A DNA stretch of 64,000 bases, from positions 32,001 to 96,000 of the IMG/VR virus record IMGVR_UViG_3300033146_004128; one strand, 5' to 3'. This stretch comes from a virus. Under the pieces are notes generated by a model that was not told the origin of the DNA, did not search any database, and saw nothing but the letters and a program-made list of their open reading frames with translations. Each line of letters starts with the position of its first letter. Positions within the stretch are counted from its first letter, which is position 1. Position numbers and translations under genes: made by a program. Shown here piece after piece: positions 44,377 to 53,392 of the stretch.

Positions 44377-45171
44377 ATGACATGGATAATCACAGACCTG
44401 ACATCGAGTGGCTATGGAGTATATGTAGATCTTCCCTCTGATACAGAGGAGACCGCATGTACTGTAAAAGAGATATATACCGGGATGACATATCCGGTTG
44501 GCGATGAGTGGAGAATGGTGTCTGAGCCAATCGAAGGTCACAACGGAAGCGTTCAGGGTGGAACATACGTAGCTAATGGATATGTTGCATCGGGGTACAC
44601 AGAAATAGAGGCTGCTCCAACTTACACAGAATCAGGATATGTGGCAGCCGGATACGTTGAAGGTGGATCACCTATACCTGCTTCTTATGTGGCAGCCGGA
44701 TATGTAGCTTCTGGGTATACAGAAGGTGGAGCGGTAGTATGTACTATAGGAACCAATAATGATCTAGCTGTTGACGCAGGATTTGTTGACGCAGGCTACT
44801 TTGAAGGTGACGAGGGACAGAGTAATTATGTTGCTTCAGGATATGTTGCCAGTGGATATCTTCCTTCTGCAGACACCGCATGTGGTATCTATGTTGAAGA
44901 GGTAGAAGGAGTCTGGGAAAGATGGATAGTTGACCCAGTAGACTCTACATATGTCAGATCAGGGTTCTTCGCTGAAGACATAAACCCAACTCCATGTGTG
45001 CCATACACAGAGGAAGAAGACGATGATATGTTCAGTTCAATATACGGACTGTATCCTTTCGGGGACCAAGTACCTGCACTTCTAATAAATAAGAGCCTGA
45101 ATAGACTGTTCGGATCAAGAGTCCCAATAAAAGAGAGACCAGATATTGGCCACTCTGTACTAGGGAGATAG
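44377..45171 (+). CDS. YVxxG pentapeptide-repeat structural protein
   Basis: About 10 copies of YVASG/YVAAG/YVANG/FVDAG. Confidence 0.7.
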   Translation: MTWIITDLTSSGYGVYVDLPSDTEETACTVKEIYTGMTYPVGDEWRMVSEPIEGHNGSVQGGTYVANGYVASGYTEIEAAPTYTESGYVAAGYVEGGSPIPASYVAAGYVASGYTEGGAVVCTIGTNNDLAVDAGFVDAGYFEGDEGQSNYVASGYVASGYLPSADTACGIYVEEVEGVWERWIVDPVDSTYVRSGFFAEDINPTPCVPYTEEEDDDMFSSIYGLYPFGDQVPALLINKSLNRLFGSRVPIKERPDIGHSVLGR

Positions 45172-45172
45172 T

Positions 45173-45676
45173 ATGGGATGGACAGACTTATTTAAGTCCA
45201 AAGAGGCAGACACTCTTAAGGACATAGACAAGATAGTAAAAGACCTAAAGGATCTTCAGTTGAGTATAATTGAGTTCACAAATGATTCCTCTATAGATAT
45301 GGAGATATCAGAGATGATAGGGAAGCTTAAGGCACAGAACCCAGAGAATGTAGATCCTGAAAAGCTTATGGAGTTTCTGGCTTATCTTAGCGACAAGACA
45401 AAAACAAAGAGTGACATGACACAGAGCCACTATACTGACACAATGATGAAGGTTATTCATGCTAAAATAGAACTGCTTGCAATATATCATACCGGTGTAG
45501 TAAGAGGTAGTGTGATAAGGCAGATATTCTCAATGTCTTCAGTATGGCCTATTCTATTCTCGCTTGTGTTTATTGTGGCTATCCTGATAGGTACACACAA
45601 GTATGATCCGTCTTTGTTTCGTGACTTAGGGATATCAGGACAAAGAACAGTAAAGACAGAAGGAACTTCAAAATGA
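45173..45676 (+). CDS. membrane protein with a C-terminal TM helix
   Basis: VWPILFSLVFIVAILIG; coupled to the receiver gene. Confidence 0.8.
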   Translation: MGWTDLFKSKEADTLKDIDKIVKDLKDLQLSIIEFTNDSSIDMEISEMIGKLKAQNPENVDPEKLMEFLAYLSDKTKTKSDMTQSHYTDTMMKVIHAKIELLAIYHTGVVRGSVIRQIFSMSSVWPILFSLVFIVAILIGTHKYDPSLFRDLGISGQRTVKTEGTSK

Positions 45677-46305
45677 TATCTTTTTTAAGAAAAATAATGA
45701 GCCCAAGTGAAGAGACAGTAGACTCAAAGAGTATAGATGATATCCGGGAGAGAATGGCTAATCATCTTAAGGATACAAAGACTCCAGCTCTCAAATATCC
45801 AGACGGATTTGCCTCTGACAGGAAGACGGTAATTATACTTGATGACAGTGCAGGTGCAACTATGCTGTTTGATGACACGATACGAGAACTTCAAAAGAGT
45901 GGGGAGAACTGTGTAAACGAGATACAATTCGTAAAGATAAGCACACCTCAGGCAGTATTTATGCTTAAGAATGAAGTTAACAGAGGAAACTTGTCAAACA
46001 TAGTAGGTGCAGTGCTTGACATTACAATAGGAGGATATGCTATAGTTGATGGCAACACGGTTATCTTGGACGGTATCGATGCCTTTGAATTTCTTAGCTC
46101 AAGATTCCCTGAGGCAGAGATGAGGTTCTTTACTTCTCACTCTATGAACGAGAAGAACGCAGAGATATTCAGGTTTATGCAGAAATACAAGAAGCTAACT
46201 GGTGAAGACATTACAGGTAAGACATACATAAAAAATCCGTTCTCTACCAACAGAATAGACATGATGAGAGATATACTAGAGAGTATATGTAATGCAAAGA
46301 ATTAA
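45673..46305 (+). CDS. stand-alone response-regulator receiver domain protein
   Basis: VIILDD, AVLDI (phospho-Asp), DGIDAF, RFFTS, YIKNPF; no output domain. Confidence 0.75.
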   Translation: MISFLRKIMSPSEETVDSKSIDDIRERMANHLKDTKTPALKYPDGFASDRKTVIILDDSAGATMLFDDTIRELQKSGENCVNEIQFVKISTPQAVFMLKNEVNRGNLSNIVGAVLDITIGGYAIVDGNTVILDGIDAFEFLSSRFPEAEMRFFTSHSMNEKNAEIFRFMQKYKKLTGEDITGKTYIKNPFSTNRIDMMRDILESICNAKN

Positions 46306-47704
46306 AACATTTGTTGACTCATCGAGCGTAACATTCGCTGCCAAGTTCTTCTTTATGTTCGGTATCATTTATACCCTAGTAGTGAGTATAGCATTTCTTG
46401 TAGTTGTTGACGAGTGGAAGCAATATGCGAGCAGTGGAGTATATGCTGTAGAAAAGAGCGAGGCTCATGCTATAGATGTGTGTGACATACTTCAGTGTGA
46501 GTATATAAATATTGATGGAAGTATGATATATAGGATATCAAAAGGTGAATATGACGTAAAGAAGCTTCCGGAAAATAAGGTTATGGAGGCGATAAACTCA
46601 ATCCTTACTGTCGATATACCAAGTCATACAAGTGGTGTTACATTTGGATTCTCACTAGAAAACATAATAAAATTCTATGCCAATGCCGTTACAATACTCT
46701 ATTCACTACTCATGATACTGTCATTACTCTTCCTGGTGCGTTTTTTGATTAAGAACAATATCAACAATCTAGTTCAGGGAGCAAGCACAACAGCGTCATT
46801 GCACAATAAGAATATGGCTATATTAGCAGAGCAACTTCATCATGAATTGAATACACCACTATCTGTTGTAAAAGAGCTTTGTGACAAGATATTCGTCAAC
46901 GTAGAAAGAGATGCAACATGTGGTGTTGGAGATCCAAAAAAGAGATCAGCATGCGACAAGTGTGAGGCAGCGAAAAACTACTCTCAACTTAGTGTGTACA
47001 AGAGAATAATAGACAACAATATAAAGCAAGCATTTGTATTCATAGAGAGAATGGCAGATGTAAAACAGATACGATATTCCAATGGTAATAAGAGCGTATA
47101 TGACATAACAAAAGCAACCTTTGATGTGATGGGCGTATTCAATAGAGCAAACTACTCGTTTGATGTAGATCAGAAGCTAAGAGGATACACCCTAGATCAT
47201 GCCTCCGGGCTTCAGAACCATGAGCTAATGAATATACTCCTGAACCATATTAAGAACTCTCTAGAAGCAGGGTCTAGTCATATATTCATATCCCTTAACA
47301 AGATAGAACCTCCAAAGAAAACCTCATTAGACAAGATAATACTAAAAACTATAGACATACTGAATAAGTACAATATAGGTGTACCAACATACGCATCAAT
47401 AGTAATGCTGTCTAAGATGCTTAGTCCAAAGGTTAAGTCAGGTGTAACTATTGCAAGGATAGCACTCATAGATAATGGATCAGGTATACCTAAAGAATTT
47501 CAAGCCAATATATTCAATCTTAACACGTCTACAAAAACAAAGGATGGAGTCATACGTGGCGCAGGTCTATATCTAAACAGACAGATATTAAGAGATGCCG
47601 GCGGAGACATCTGGCAACATGACACAAGTGGAAAAGGGACAACCTTCATATTGGACGTTCCAGTAGCAGCTGCCTCGAAAGAGATGTTCCTCTATGGGAC
47701 ATAA
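46292..47704 (+). CDS. membrane sensor histidine kinase
   Basis: Two TM regions; H-box LHHELNTPL, N-box NHIKNSLEA, DNGSGIP, F box, GAGLYL. Confidence 0.93.
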   Translation: MQRIKTFVDSSSVTFAAKFFFMFGIIYTLVVSIAFLVVVDEWKQYASSGVYAVEKSEAHAIDVCDILQCEYINIDGSMIYRISKGEYDVKKLPENKVMEAINSILTVDIPSHTSGVTFGFSLENIIKFYANAVTILYSLLMILSLLFLVRFLIKNNINNLVQGASTTASLHNKNMAILAEQLHHELNTPLSVVKELCDKIFVNVERDATCGVGDPKKRSACDKCEAAKNYSQLSVYKRIIDNNIKQAFVFIERMADVKQIRYSNGNKSVYDITKATFDVMGVFNRANYSFDVDQKLRGYTLDHASGLQNHELMNILLNHIKNSLEAGSSHIFISLNKIEPPKKTSLDKIILKTIDILNKYNIGVPTYASIVMLSKMLSPKVKSGVTIARIALIDNGSGIPKEFQANIFNLNTSTKTKDGVIRGAGLYLNRQILRDAGGDIWQHDTSGKGTTFILDVPVAAASKEMFLYGT

Positions 47705-47706
47705 TA

Positions 47707-47715
47707 TGATATAAT
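47707..47715 (+). promoter_or_regulatory. extended -10 TGATATAAT
   Basis: Immediately after the kinase stop, upstream of 47752. Confidence 0.65.
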
Positions 47716-47751
47716 ACATTTGTAACAAAAACACAATCTAAGGAACATATA

Positions 47752-49089
47752 ATGCCAAACGCAGAAATGGTAGCTATGCTACAACACTTAATGGCGATCA
47801 CTGGTGCTCACACTGGTACAGCGATCAAAAATGCTATAGACAATCTTGTTGGAACACACGATATTGACGTAGATGCTTTACAAGCAAAAATCCAAGTAAT
47901 ACAAGACATATTGGATGCTGACCCGTCGACCCCGGAGTTTGACCAAGCTCAGAACATAATCACTTCACTTAACTCAATCCTCTCTCGTCTTTCTATTGTA
48001 GAGACTACGATTGCACGCCTTGAAGGTGACGAAACCGTTGCTGGATCAGTAGACTTTAAAGTCGCTGCTGAAAGAGCGAGAGCTATGGCTGCCGAGCAGG
48101 CGAACGCTACATGCTGTTCAACAAATGCTGACAACCTTACAGCTCACATTGCTGCATACGATGCCTTCGTAACAGCTACGAATGCTTCACTAACAACACT
48201 TGCTAGTGACATATCTACAAATGCTCAAGCGATCTCAGATGAGACAACTCGTGCAACAGCTGCAGAAGATGCGATCAACGCTGCTATCTCGGCTATACAG
48301 ACAGCTACAGGTGCATCTGATGCAGACTTAGCAGACCTTACAGATCTTGTTGGAGACATTGTAACTGGTACCGGTCTAAACCCGGACGGCTCATTCACTC
48401 CAGACACTGCAGCCTCTGACGCTACAAACCTATACGAGTACATCCATGATGTTACTGCTGAAGGTGCTGACCGTGCGAATACGCTACGTAAAGCCATCAG
48501 ACGTCTTGCTCGTAAATCACGTCTTGCTGATGAAGCACTAGACGCTCGTCTTGACATACTTGAGGGTGATGCTTCTGTTGCCGGTTCAATCGTGCAAATT
48601 GTAACTGATGCAGTTGCTACAGAGACAGCTCGTGCTGAAGCTGCTGAAGCTGCTCTTGCTCAAGCTGTGGCAGATGAGGAAACTCGTGCCACTGCTGCTG
48701 AAGTTGCACTACAGGCACAGATCGATGATCTGTCTGGTGGTGGTGACGGTTCAATACAGTCAGTACGTGATGAAGTAGATGCTACTCAGACCGGTGCAGG
48801 CTTAGAGGCTGACGGATCGTATGTTGCTGATGCTACGACTGAGTATCTTGGTGATGCGACATCTCTCAAAGATGCCGATAAGAAGCTTGACGTTGAGATC
48901 AAAGGTCTCGAAGATCGTAAAGCTGACCGTACAGAGGTAGTTCTTTCTGCAGATATTGCAGCTATCGACTACTCAGCACTCGGAACAATCTTCCTAGATG
49001 CTCTTAACTGTGGTCTAACAGGAGGAACTGACTGTGGAACACCTAACACAACACCTGATGGTGGTGATGGAGACGGTGCTGTACTTTAA
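47752..49089 (+). CDS. alpha-helical coiled-coil fiber protein
   Basis: Four E-x-x-RA-x-AAE repeats, Ala/Asp-rich heptads. Confidence 0.7.
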   Translation: MPNAEMVAMLQHLMAITGAHTGTAIKNAIDNLVGTHDIDVDALQAKIQVIQDILDADPSTPEFDQAQNIITSLNSILSRLSIVETTIARLEGDETVAGSVDFKVAAERARAMAAEQANATCCSTNADNLTAHIAAYDAFVTATNASLTTLASDISTNAQAISDETTRATAAEDAINAAISAIQTATGASDADLADLTDLVGDIVTGTGLNPDGSFTPDTAASDATNLYEYIHDVTAEGADRANTLRKAIRRLARKSRLADEALDARLDILEGDASVAGSIVQIVTDAVATETARAEAAEAALAQAVADEETRATAAEVALQAQIDDLSGGGDGSIQSVRDEVDATQTGAGLEADGSYVADATTEYLGDATSLKDADKKLDVEIKGLEDRKADRTEVVLSADIAAIDYSALGTIFLDALNCGLTGGTDCGTPNTTPDGGDGDGAVL

Positions 49090-49097
49090 GTCTTACA

Positions 49098-49119
49098 GAG
49101 AACTCCTTCGGGAGTTTTC
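49098..49119 (+). terminator. Rho-independent terminator-like hairpin with C-UUCG-G loop
   Basis: GAGAACTCC-TTCG-GGAGTTTTC 9 nt after the stop. Confidence 0.75.
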
Positions 49120-49159
49120 GATAAGGCCTAAGCCATAGCAATAAAAACAGGAGAAAGAA

Positions 49160-50110
49160 ATGCAATCAATTAATGTGCATGATGCAGAAGAACTACAGAT
49201 AGGTGAGACCACGCTAAGCAGTCTTAATGCTGGAAAAATATACAAGATAACTGCTAAAAAAGGTCACGTGTATACAATGTCAATGAAAGCTCCAGACGGG
49301 AACTATATTTCACTTCGTGGATTCAATGCATATGGATACGAAACACTTAGCTCTTCAGCATATGGTGAAGAGTATAGTAGTGAGATAGAGATTCAGCTTG
49401 AGGAATGGGAAGAAGAAGATACTCCAGTATTCTTTGAGCTTAATGCAAACTCAGGAGACTATACTGGAACTGTTAAAATTTCTGAAACATTCGTGACCCT
49501 TCGTGAGAAGAAAGGAAAGTCTCTTACTCATTCTGAAATGGATAACAATTTCAGAATGATGGATAAATCAATGCGTGTCCTTGAAGAGAAACTCTGGTCT
49601 AACAGATTTATACCTGAACATACTGCACTATTTGCACAGGGGATAATGGGAACCGTGAATCCTGGGTCATCAGGATCAGCGTCTCTATTCCAGATATCAA
49701 CGGATGACTTTGAAGAGGATGATCTCATAATGGTTGAGATGAAGCTCATGGTAAGAGAAGCAGGAACGTCAGTACCATTCACACTAGTCAATACACTGTC
49801 AGTTTTCAAGGTGTTGGCTAATGGTGAAGTAGCAGAAGAGGACTTCCAGTATATGTCTGGGCCTTATGACTTTGCTACAATAAAGCCTGCCGTGTATGGT
49901 AGTGAAGACAGCAACATAGGGTACAGCGAAGAGTCAGTTACTCCAGAAGGAGAAGATGCTATAGAAGTTGAGTATGTTGGAACACTAAGCTTCAGTTCGT
50001 CGTCGTCACCTAGTGCTCCACAGACATATTATGTTTATGACTCAGAAGATGGGTCAGGTAGTGGTTCCGGAAGTGGTTCTGGAAGTGGTTCTGGAAGTGG
50101 TGGGAAATGA
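49160..50110 (+). CDS. fiber/appendage protein with internal LTHSEMDNNF motif and a GS-repeat tail
   Basis: TLREKKGKSLTHSEMDNNF; C-terminal (GS)n encoded by GGAAGTGGTTCT tandem units. Confidence 0.65.
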   Translation: MQSINVHDAEELQIGETTLSSLNAGKIYKITAKKGHVYTMSMKAPDGNYISLRGFNAYGYETLSSSAYGEEYSSEIEIQLEEWEEEDTPVFFELNANSGDYTGTVKISETFVTLREKKGKSLTHSEMDNNFRMMDKSMRVLEEKLWSNRFIPEHTALFAQGIMGTVNPGSSGSASLFQISTDDFEEDDLIMVEMKLMVREAGTSVPFTLVNTLSVFKVLANGEVAEEDFQYMSGPYDFATIKPAVYGSEDSNIGYSEESVTPEGEDAIEVEYVGTLSFSSSSSPSAPQTYYVYDSEDGSGSGSGSGSGSGSGSGGK

Positions 50111-50802
50111 TAACGGTAGTCTATCCTCTTATTAAAGCAGAGAGAGATTGTGAGGAGTTTCGATACTCTCTAAGATCTCTTGAGGCAAATATGCAAGAGG
50201 AATTCAGAGTATACGTGATAGGGCATAAGCCTTACTGGTGCACAGGGGTAGAGCATATACCATACTCTGATGCAGGAGAGAAGCAGCAAAATAAGAACAT
50301 AAAGGCACTTATAGCATCATCTCTTGCCGATGAATTTCTATGGGTGAGTGACGATATGTATATTGATGAGCCTGTATCAATAGATGAACTCTCTAAACAG
50401 TACTATCTTGAGGTGTTCAGTGGCATCAAGAAGGGAAGAGTAAAAGGGTTCAAGGCAATGCTATGGAGAACCTATGATAAGGCAAAAGCACTTGGCCTGC
50501 ATGGGCTAAACTATACTACACATACACCGGTACTATTTAATTCTGAAAAGCTAAGAAGAGCGATGGTTGATTTCGGTGCAGTAGAGAATGGATTACATCT
50601 TGAGACTCTATATCTGAATCATATTGGTGCAGAGAAAGATGCCATCAAAATAGGTAGCGAGAAAGTTGGCAGATATAGCAACAGTGAATTTCGTGGTGCC
50701 AAAGATGCTATATATTTGAGTTTTGACGATGCCGGAAAGGGCAGTGGAATATTCAAGTACATCAAGGCTAAGTATAAAAATAAAAGCAGATTTGAAATAT
50801 AG
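50107..50802 (+). CDS. Stealth-CR2-like/GT-A-type glycosyl or sugar-phosphotransferase
   Basis: EEFRYSLRSLEAN, VYVIGHKP.W, FLWVSDDMY, THTP. Confidence 0.6.
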   Translation: MITVVYPLIKAERDCEEFRYSLRSLEANMQEEFRVYVIGHKPYWCTGVEHIPYSDAGEKQQNKNIKALIASSLADEFLWVSDDMYIDEPVSIDELSKQYYLEVFSGIKKGRVKGFKAMLWRTYDKAKALGLHGLNYTTHTPVLFNSEKLRRAMVDFGAVENGLHLETLYLNHIGAEKDAIKIGSEKVGRYSNSEFRGAKDAIYLSFDDAGKGSGIFKYIKAKYKNKSRFEI

Positions 50803-50839
50803 GCAGTACCAGTTAGGTATTGTAGCCATATACTATTTC

Positions 50840-50848
50840 TGCTATAAT
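50840..50848 (+). promoter_or_regulatory. extended -10 TGCTATAAT
   Basis: Intergenic, upstream of 50875. Confidence 0.7.
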
Positions 50849-50874
50849 GACAAAAAACAATAAAAGGACAACAC

Positions 50875-51987
50875 ATGCCAGTATCAGTACCAATAACAAC
50901 AGAGGGTCAATTCCTAAACAACTTAGATTTTGCAGAGTTTGGGTTTGCGCCATCAGTAGACGGAGTATATAATATTACATTGTTTGCACTAAATGATAGC
51001 TACACTGCAGCAGGGGAACTTACTCCATCAGCTCGTGTTAACGGGGACATAGTAAATGACAAAGACGGAGACCCAGTTGATACATCAACATCATACTCAC
51101 TAGAAAGAGGCGAGTTCTGTACCATAGCTATCCCACTCGTAGCAGGGGGAACGGTATATATTCAGACAGGTGCAGCCAAGATAGCAGGTATTGTTAGACT
51201 TGAAAAGCCTTTCATCTCAAGAGAGGCAAAAGGGTCAGAACTTTCTTTCGAAGAGATGGATGCGAATGTTGCGCTAGGTAAGGAAGCAATATTTAGATTG
51301 GAGCAGGATGAATTAGAGGCTCTAGCAGAGAAGCATTCAGTTGAGCCTGCTGCTAAGACACTTATCCCTAATGGAGATATAGATGCATTCTTTGATGCGA
51401 TGTCATCAAACTATGTTAGTAGACCGATTCAGCTTGGAACAGATGATAATGGTCAGTTCGGGTTTGGATATATGCAAATAGATGAATATGCAGGAAACTT
51501 TGTTGTAAGAATGCCTATCCCAGGATTTGACTCAGTATTCTCTCCAAGTTCAATGCTTAGCTTCGGCAAGGACTATTATGACAATTTATCCATTACAGAA
51601 TGGACTATAGAGGCTGATGAGTATGGCTCTAGTGGTTGGGTAACTTCAACTGTTACAAATGCAGATCTTGTGGCAATGAAAGAAATCGCTGAGCTCGATA
51701 TAGGCCAAGGAGAAGAGCACATTGTACTAATGGCATTCGCAGGGGATAACTACCTGGCACCTCAGATAGGAAAAGGATTTGGAAATTTCGGATACGACTT
51801 TAGCGACAGCCCTATGCCATACTCAGAGCCTATGCATCCTGCTGAAGTATGTGGAGTACCAAACAGAGTTCTTACAACAGTGTCTATGACCGTAGGACAA
51901 AAGAACATTAGGGTTGCAAGATGGTGCGCCATGAACATCGACGAGTACAACAACATCACATTTGACCCATCAGCACAAGCGGGCTAA
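50875..51987 (+). CDS. fiber/appendage protein with internal LSFEEMDAN motif
   Basis: SREAKGSELSFEEMDANV after an N-terminal beta domain. Confidence 0.6.
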   Translation: MPVSVPITTEGQFLNNLDFAEFGFAPSVDGVYNITLFALNDSYTAAGELTPSARVNGDIVNDKDGDPVDTSTSYSLERGEFCTIAIPLVAGGTVYIQTGAAKIAGIVRLEKPFISREAKGSELSFEEMDANVALGKEAIFRLEQDELEALAEKHSVEPAAKTLIPNGDIDAFFDAMSSNYVSRPIQLGTDDNGQFGFGYMQIDEYAGNFVVRMPIPGFDSVFSPSSMLSFGKDYYDNLSITEWTIEADEYGSSGWVTSTVTNADLVAMKEIAELDIGQGEEHIVLMAFAGDNYLAPQIGKGFGNFGYDFSDSPMPYSEPMHPAEVCGVPNRVLTTVSMTVGQKNIRVARWCAMNIDEYNNITFDPSAQAG

Positions 51988-51989
51988 GC

Positions 51990-52622
51990 ATGAGACATGA
52001 CAACTTAACAGCTGTCGTAACTCACTACAATACACCGAGAGACCTGCTCGTCAGGGCTCTTGCCTCTCTAGATAAATTCAAAATACCATATATCATTGTT
52101 GATGACGGAAGCGACCAAGAATTTGTTGATGGGCTACGTGAGTTTGGCGACAGGGTGATATACCTGAAGAAGAACATAGGTCAAGCACAAGCATTTTATA
52201 CTGGAGCATATGCAGTAAAGACAAAATGGACTCTAAAACTAGATAGTGATGATTATATCACAGACCATCCAGTATATGACGATACTCATGATGCACATGT
52301 TCCTAAGATAAAATACGATGCTCCTATAACACACAAAGGATTGATGGCTGTACCATATTGTTACTTTTCAGGATCAGTTATTAAGACATCATTTTCATGT
52401 GCTTCATATGCTAAAGTCACCAGAAGATTAAATGATGATGTTGAGGCGTATGCACACTTGATAGGTCTTGGAGCAAAGATAGCTACATATGAGTCTAGTT
52501 GGTATAAGTATGCATCAGACAAGCCTAAGAGCGTGTCTAAATCACACAATATATCAGAAAAAAAACAGGCACAAAGGGAAATAAGACAATTAATAACAGA
52601 AGAGTATGGAGAGTTCGTATGA
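51990..52622 (+). CDS. glycosyltransferase family 2
   Basis: VVTHYN, ALASL, IIVDDGSD, NIGQAQA, LDSDD. Confidence 0.85.
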   Translation: MRHDNLTAVVTHYNTPRDLLVRALASLDKFKIPYIIVDDGSDQEFVDGLREFGDRVIYLKKNIGQAQAFYTGAYAVKTKWTLKLDSDDYITDHPVYDDTHDAHVPKIKYDAPITHKGLMAVPYCYFSGSVIKTSFSCASYAKVTRRLNDDVEAYAHLIGLGAKIATYESSWYKYASDKPKSVSKSHNISEKKQAQREIRQLITEEYGEFV

Positions 52623-53338
52623 TAGCTGATGTGCAGATGGAAATAACAACGGTATGTAATATGGCATGCTTCTATTGCCCTATCGAGGACATGCCACATA
52701 AACATATGGATCTTGCGCTGGCCAAGGAGATTGTTGACCGGTATGATAAAGGTTCAATGTTCATGCTCAATGGTACCGGAGAGCCAACATTGTATCCGCA
52801 TCTTCTTGAGCTTGTTACTTATATTGTGGACAATGGGAAGCTAGCAAACTTCATTACAAACGGAGTGAACTGTGTAGATGAGGACATACTTAGATTGCTT
52901 GATCACATAGCCTTCTCTGTTGATGACTCAGATACAGACAAGAATGTGAAGACACTAGAGAATGCAGAAAAAGCAATACGTCATGCATGCTCAATAATTG
53001 GAGGCGGAAAAGTTTCTACAATGACTGCTGACTATGGTCAAGATTTGTCAAAGATAAAAGCATTCAGTGAAGAGCTTGGGTTCACGATGAGAAAGCAGAG
53101 GCTGCAACCAAAGGCGTCATATCAAAAGAAGTATTCTATACCTGGGCATAAGCCAAACAGGCTTGAATGTCCATATATAAAGTTCTCGTATATGGATTTC
53201 TATTTTCAGAACGGAACAAAGGCACCATGCTGTTTCATGGTATATGAAGAGCAAAGCATGTCACGTGATGAAGTTGAGAAATCCCTTAATAAGGGAATAG
53301 TTCCAGAGTGCTGCTCCGGATGCTACTTAATGAAATAA
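52619..53338 (+). CDS. radical SAM protein with short SPASM/Twitch-like C-terminus
   Basis: CNMACFYC (CxxxCxxC), GTGEPTL, FITNG, CPY...G..APCC, C-terminal CxxC. Confidence 0.9.
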   Translation: MIADVQMEITTVCNMACFYCPIEDMPHKHMDLALAKEIVDRYDKGSMFMLNGTGEPTLYPHLLELVTYIVDNGKLANFITNGVNCVDEDILRLLDHIAFSVDDSDTDKNVKTLENAEKAIRHACSIIGGGKVSTMTADYGQDLSKIKAFSEELGFTMRKQRLQPKASYQKKYSIPGHKPNRLECPYIKFSYMDFYFQNGTKAPCCFMVYEEQSMSRDEVEKSLNKGIVPECCSGCYLMK

Positions 53339-53392
53339 TTGTAGAGTGAAGATAGTTATGGCATAATTACATATTGAAAACAGGAGATTGCT

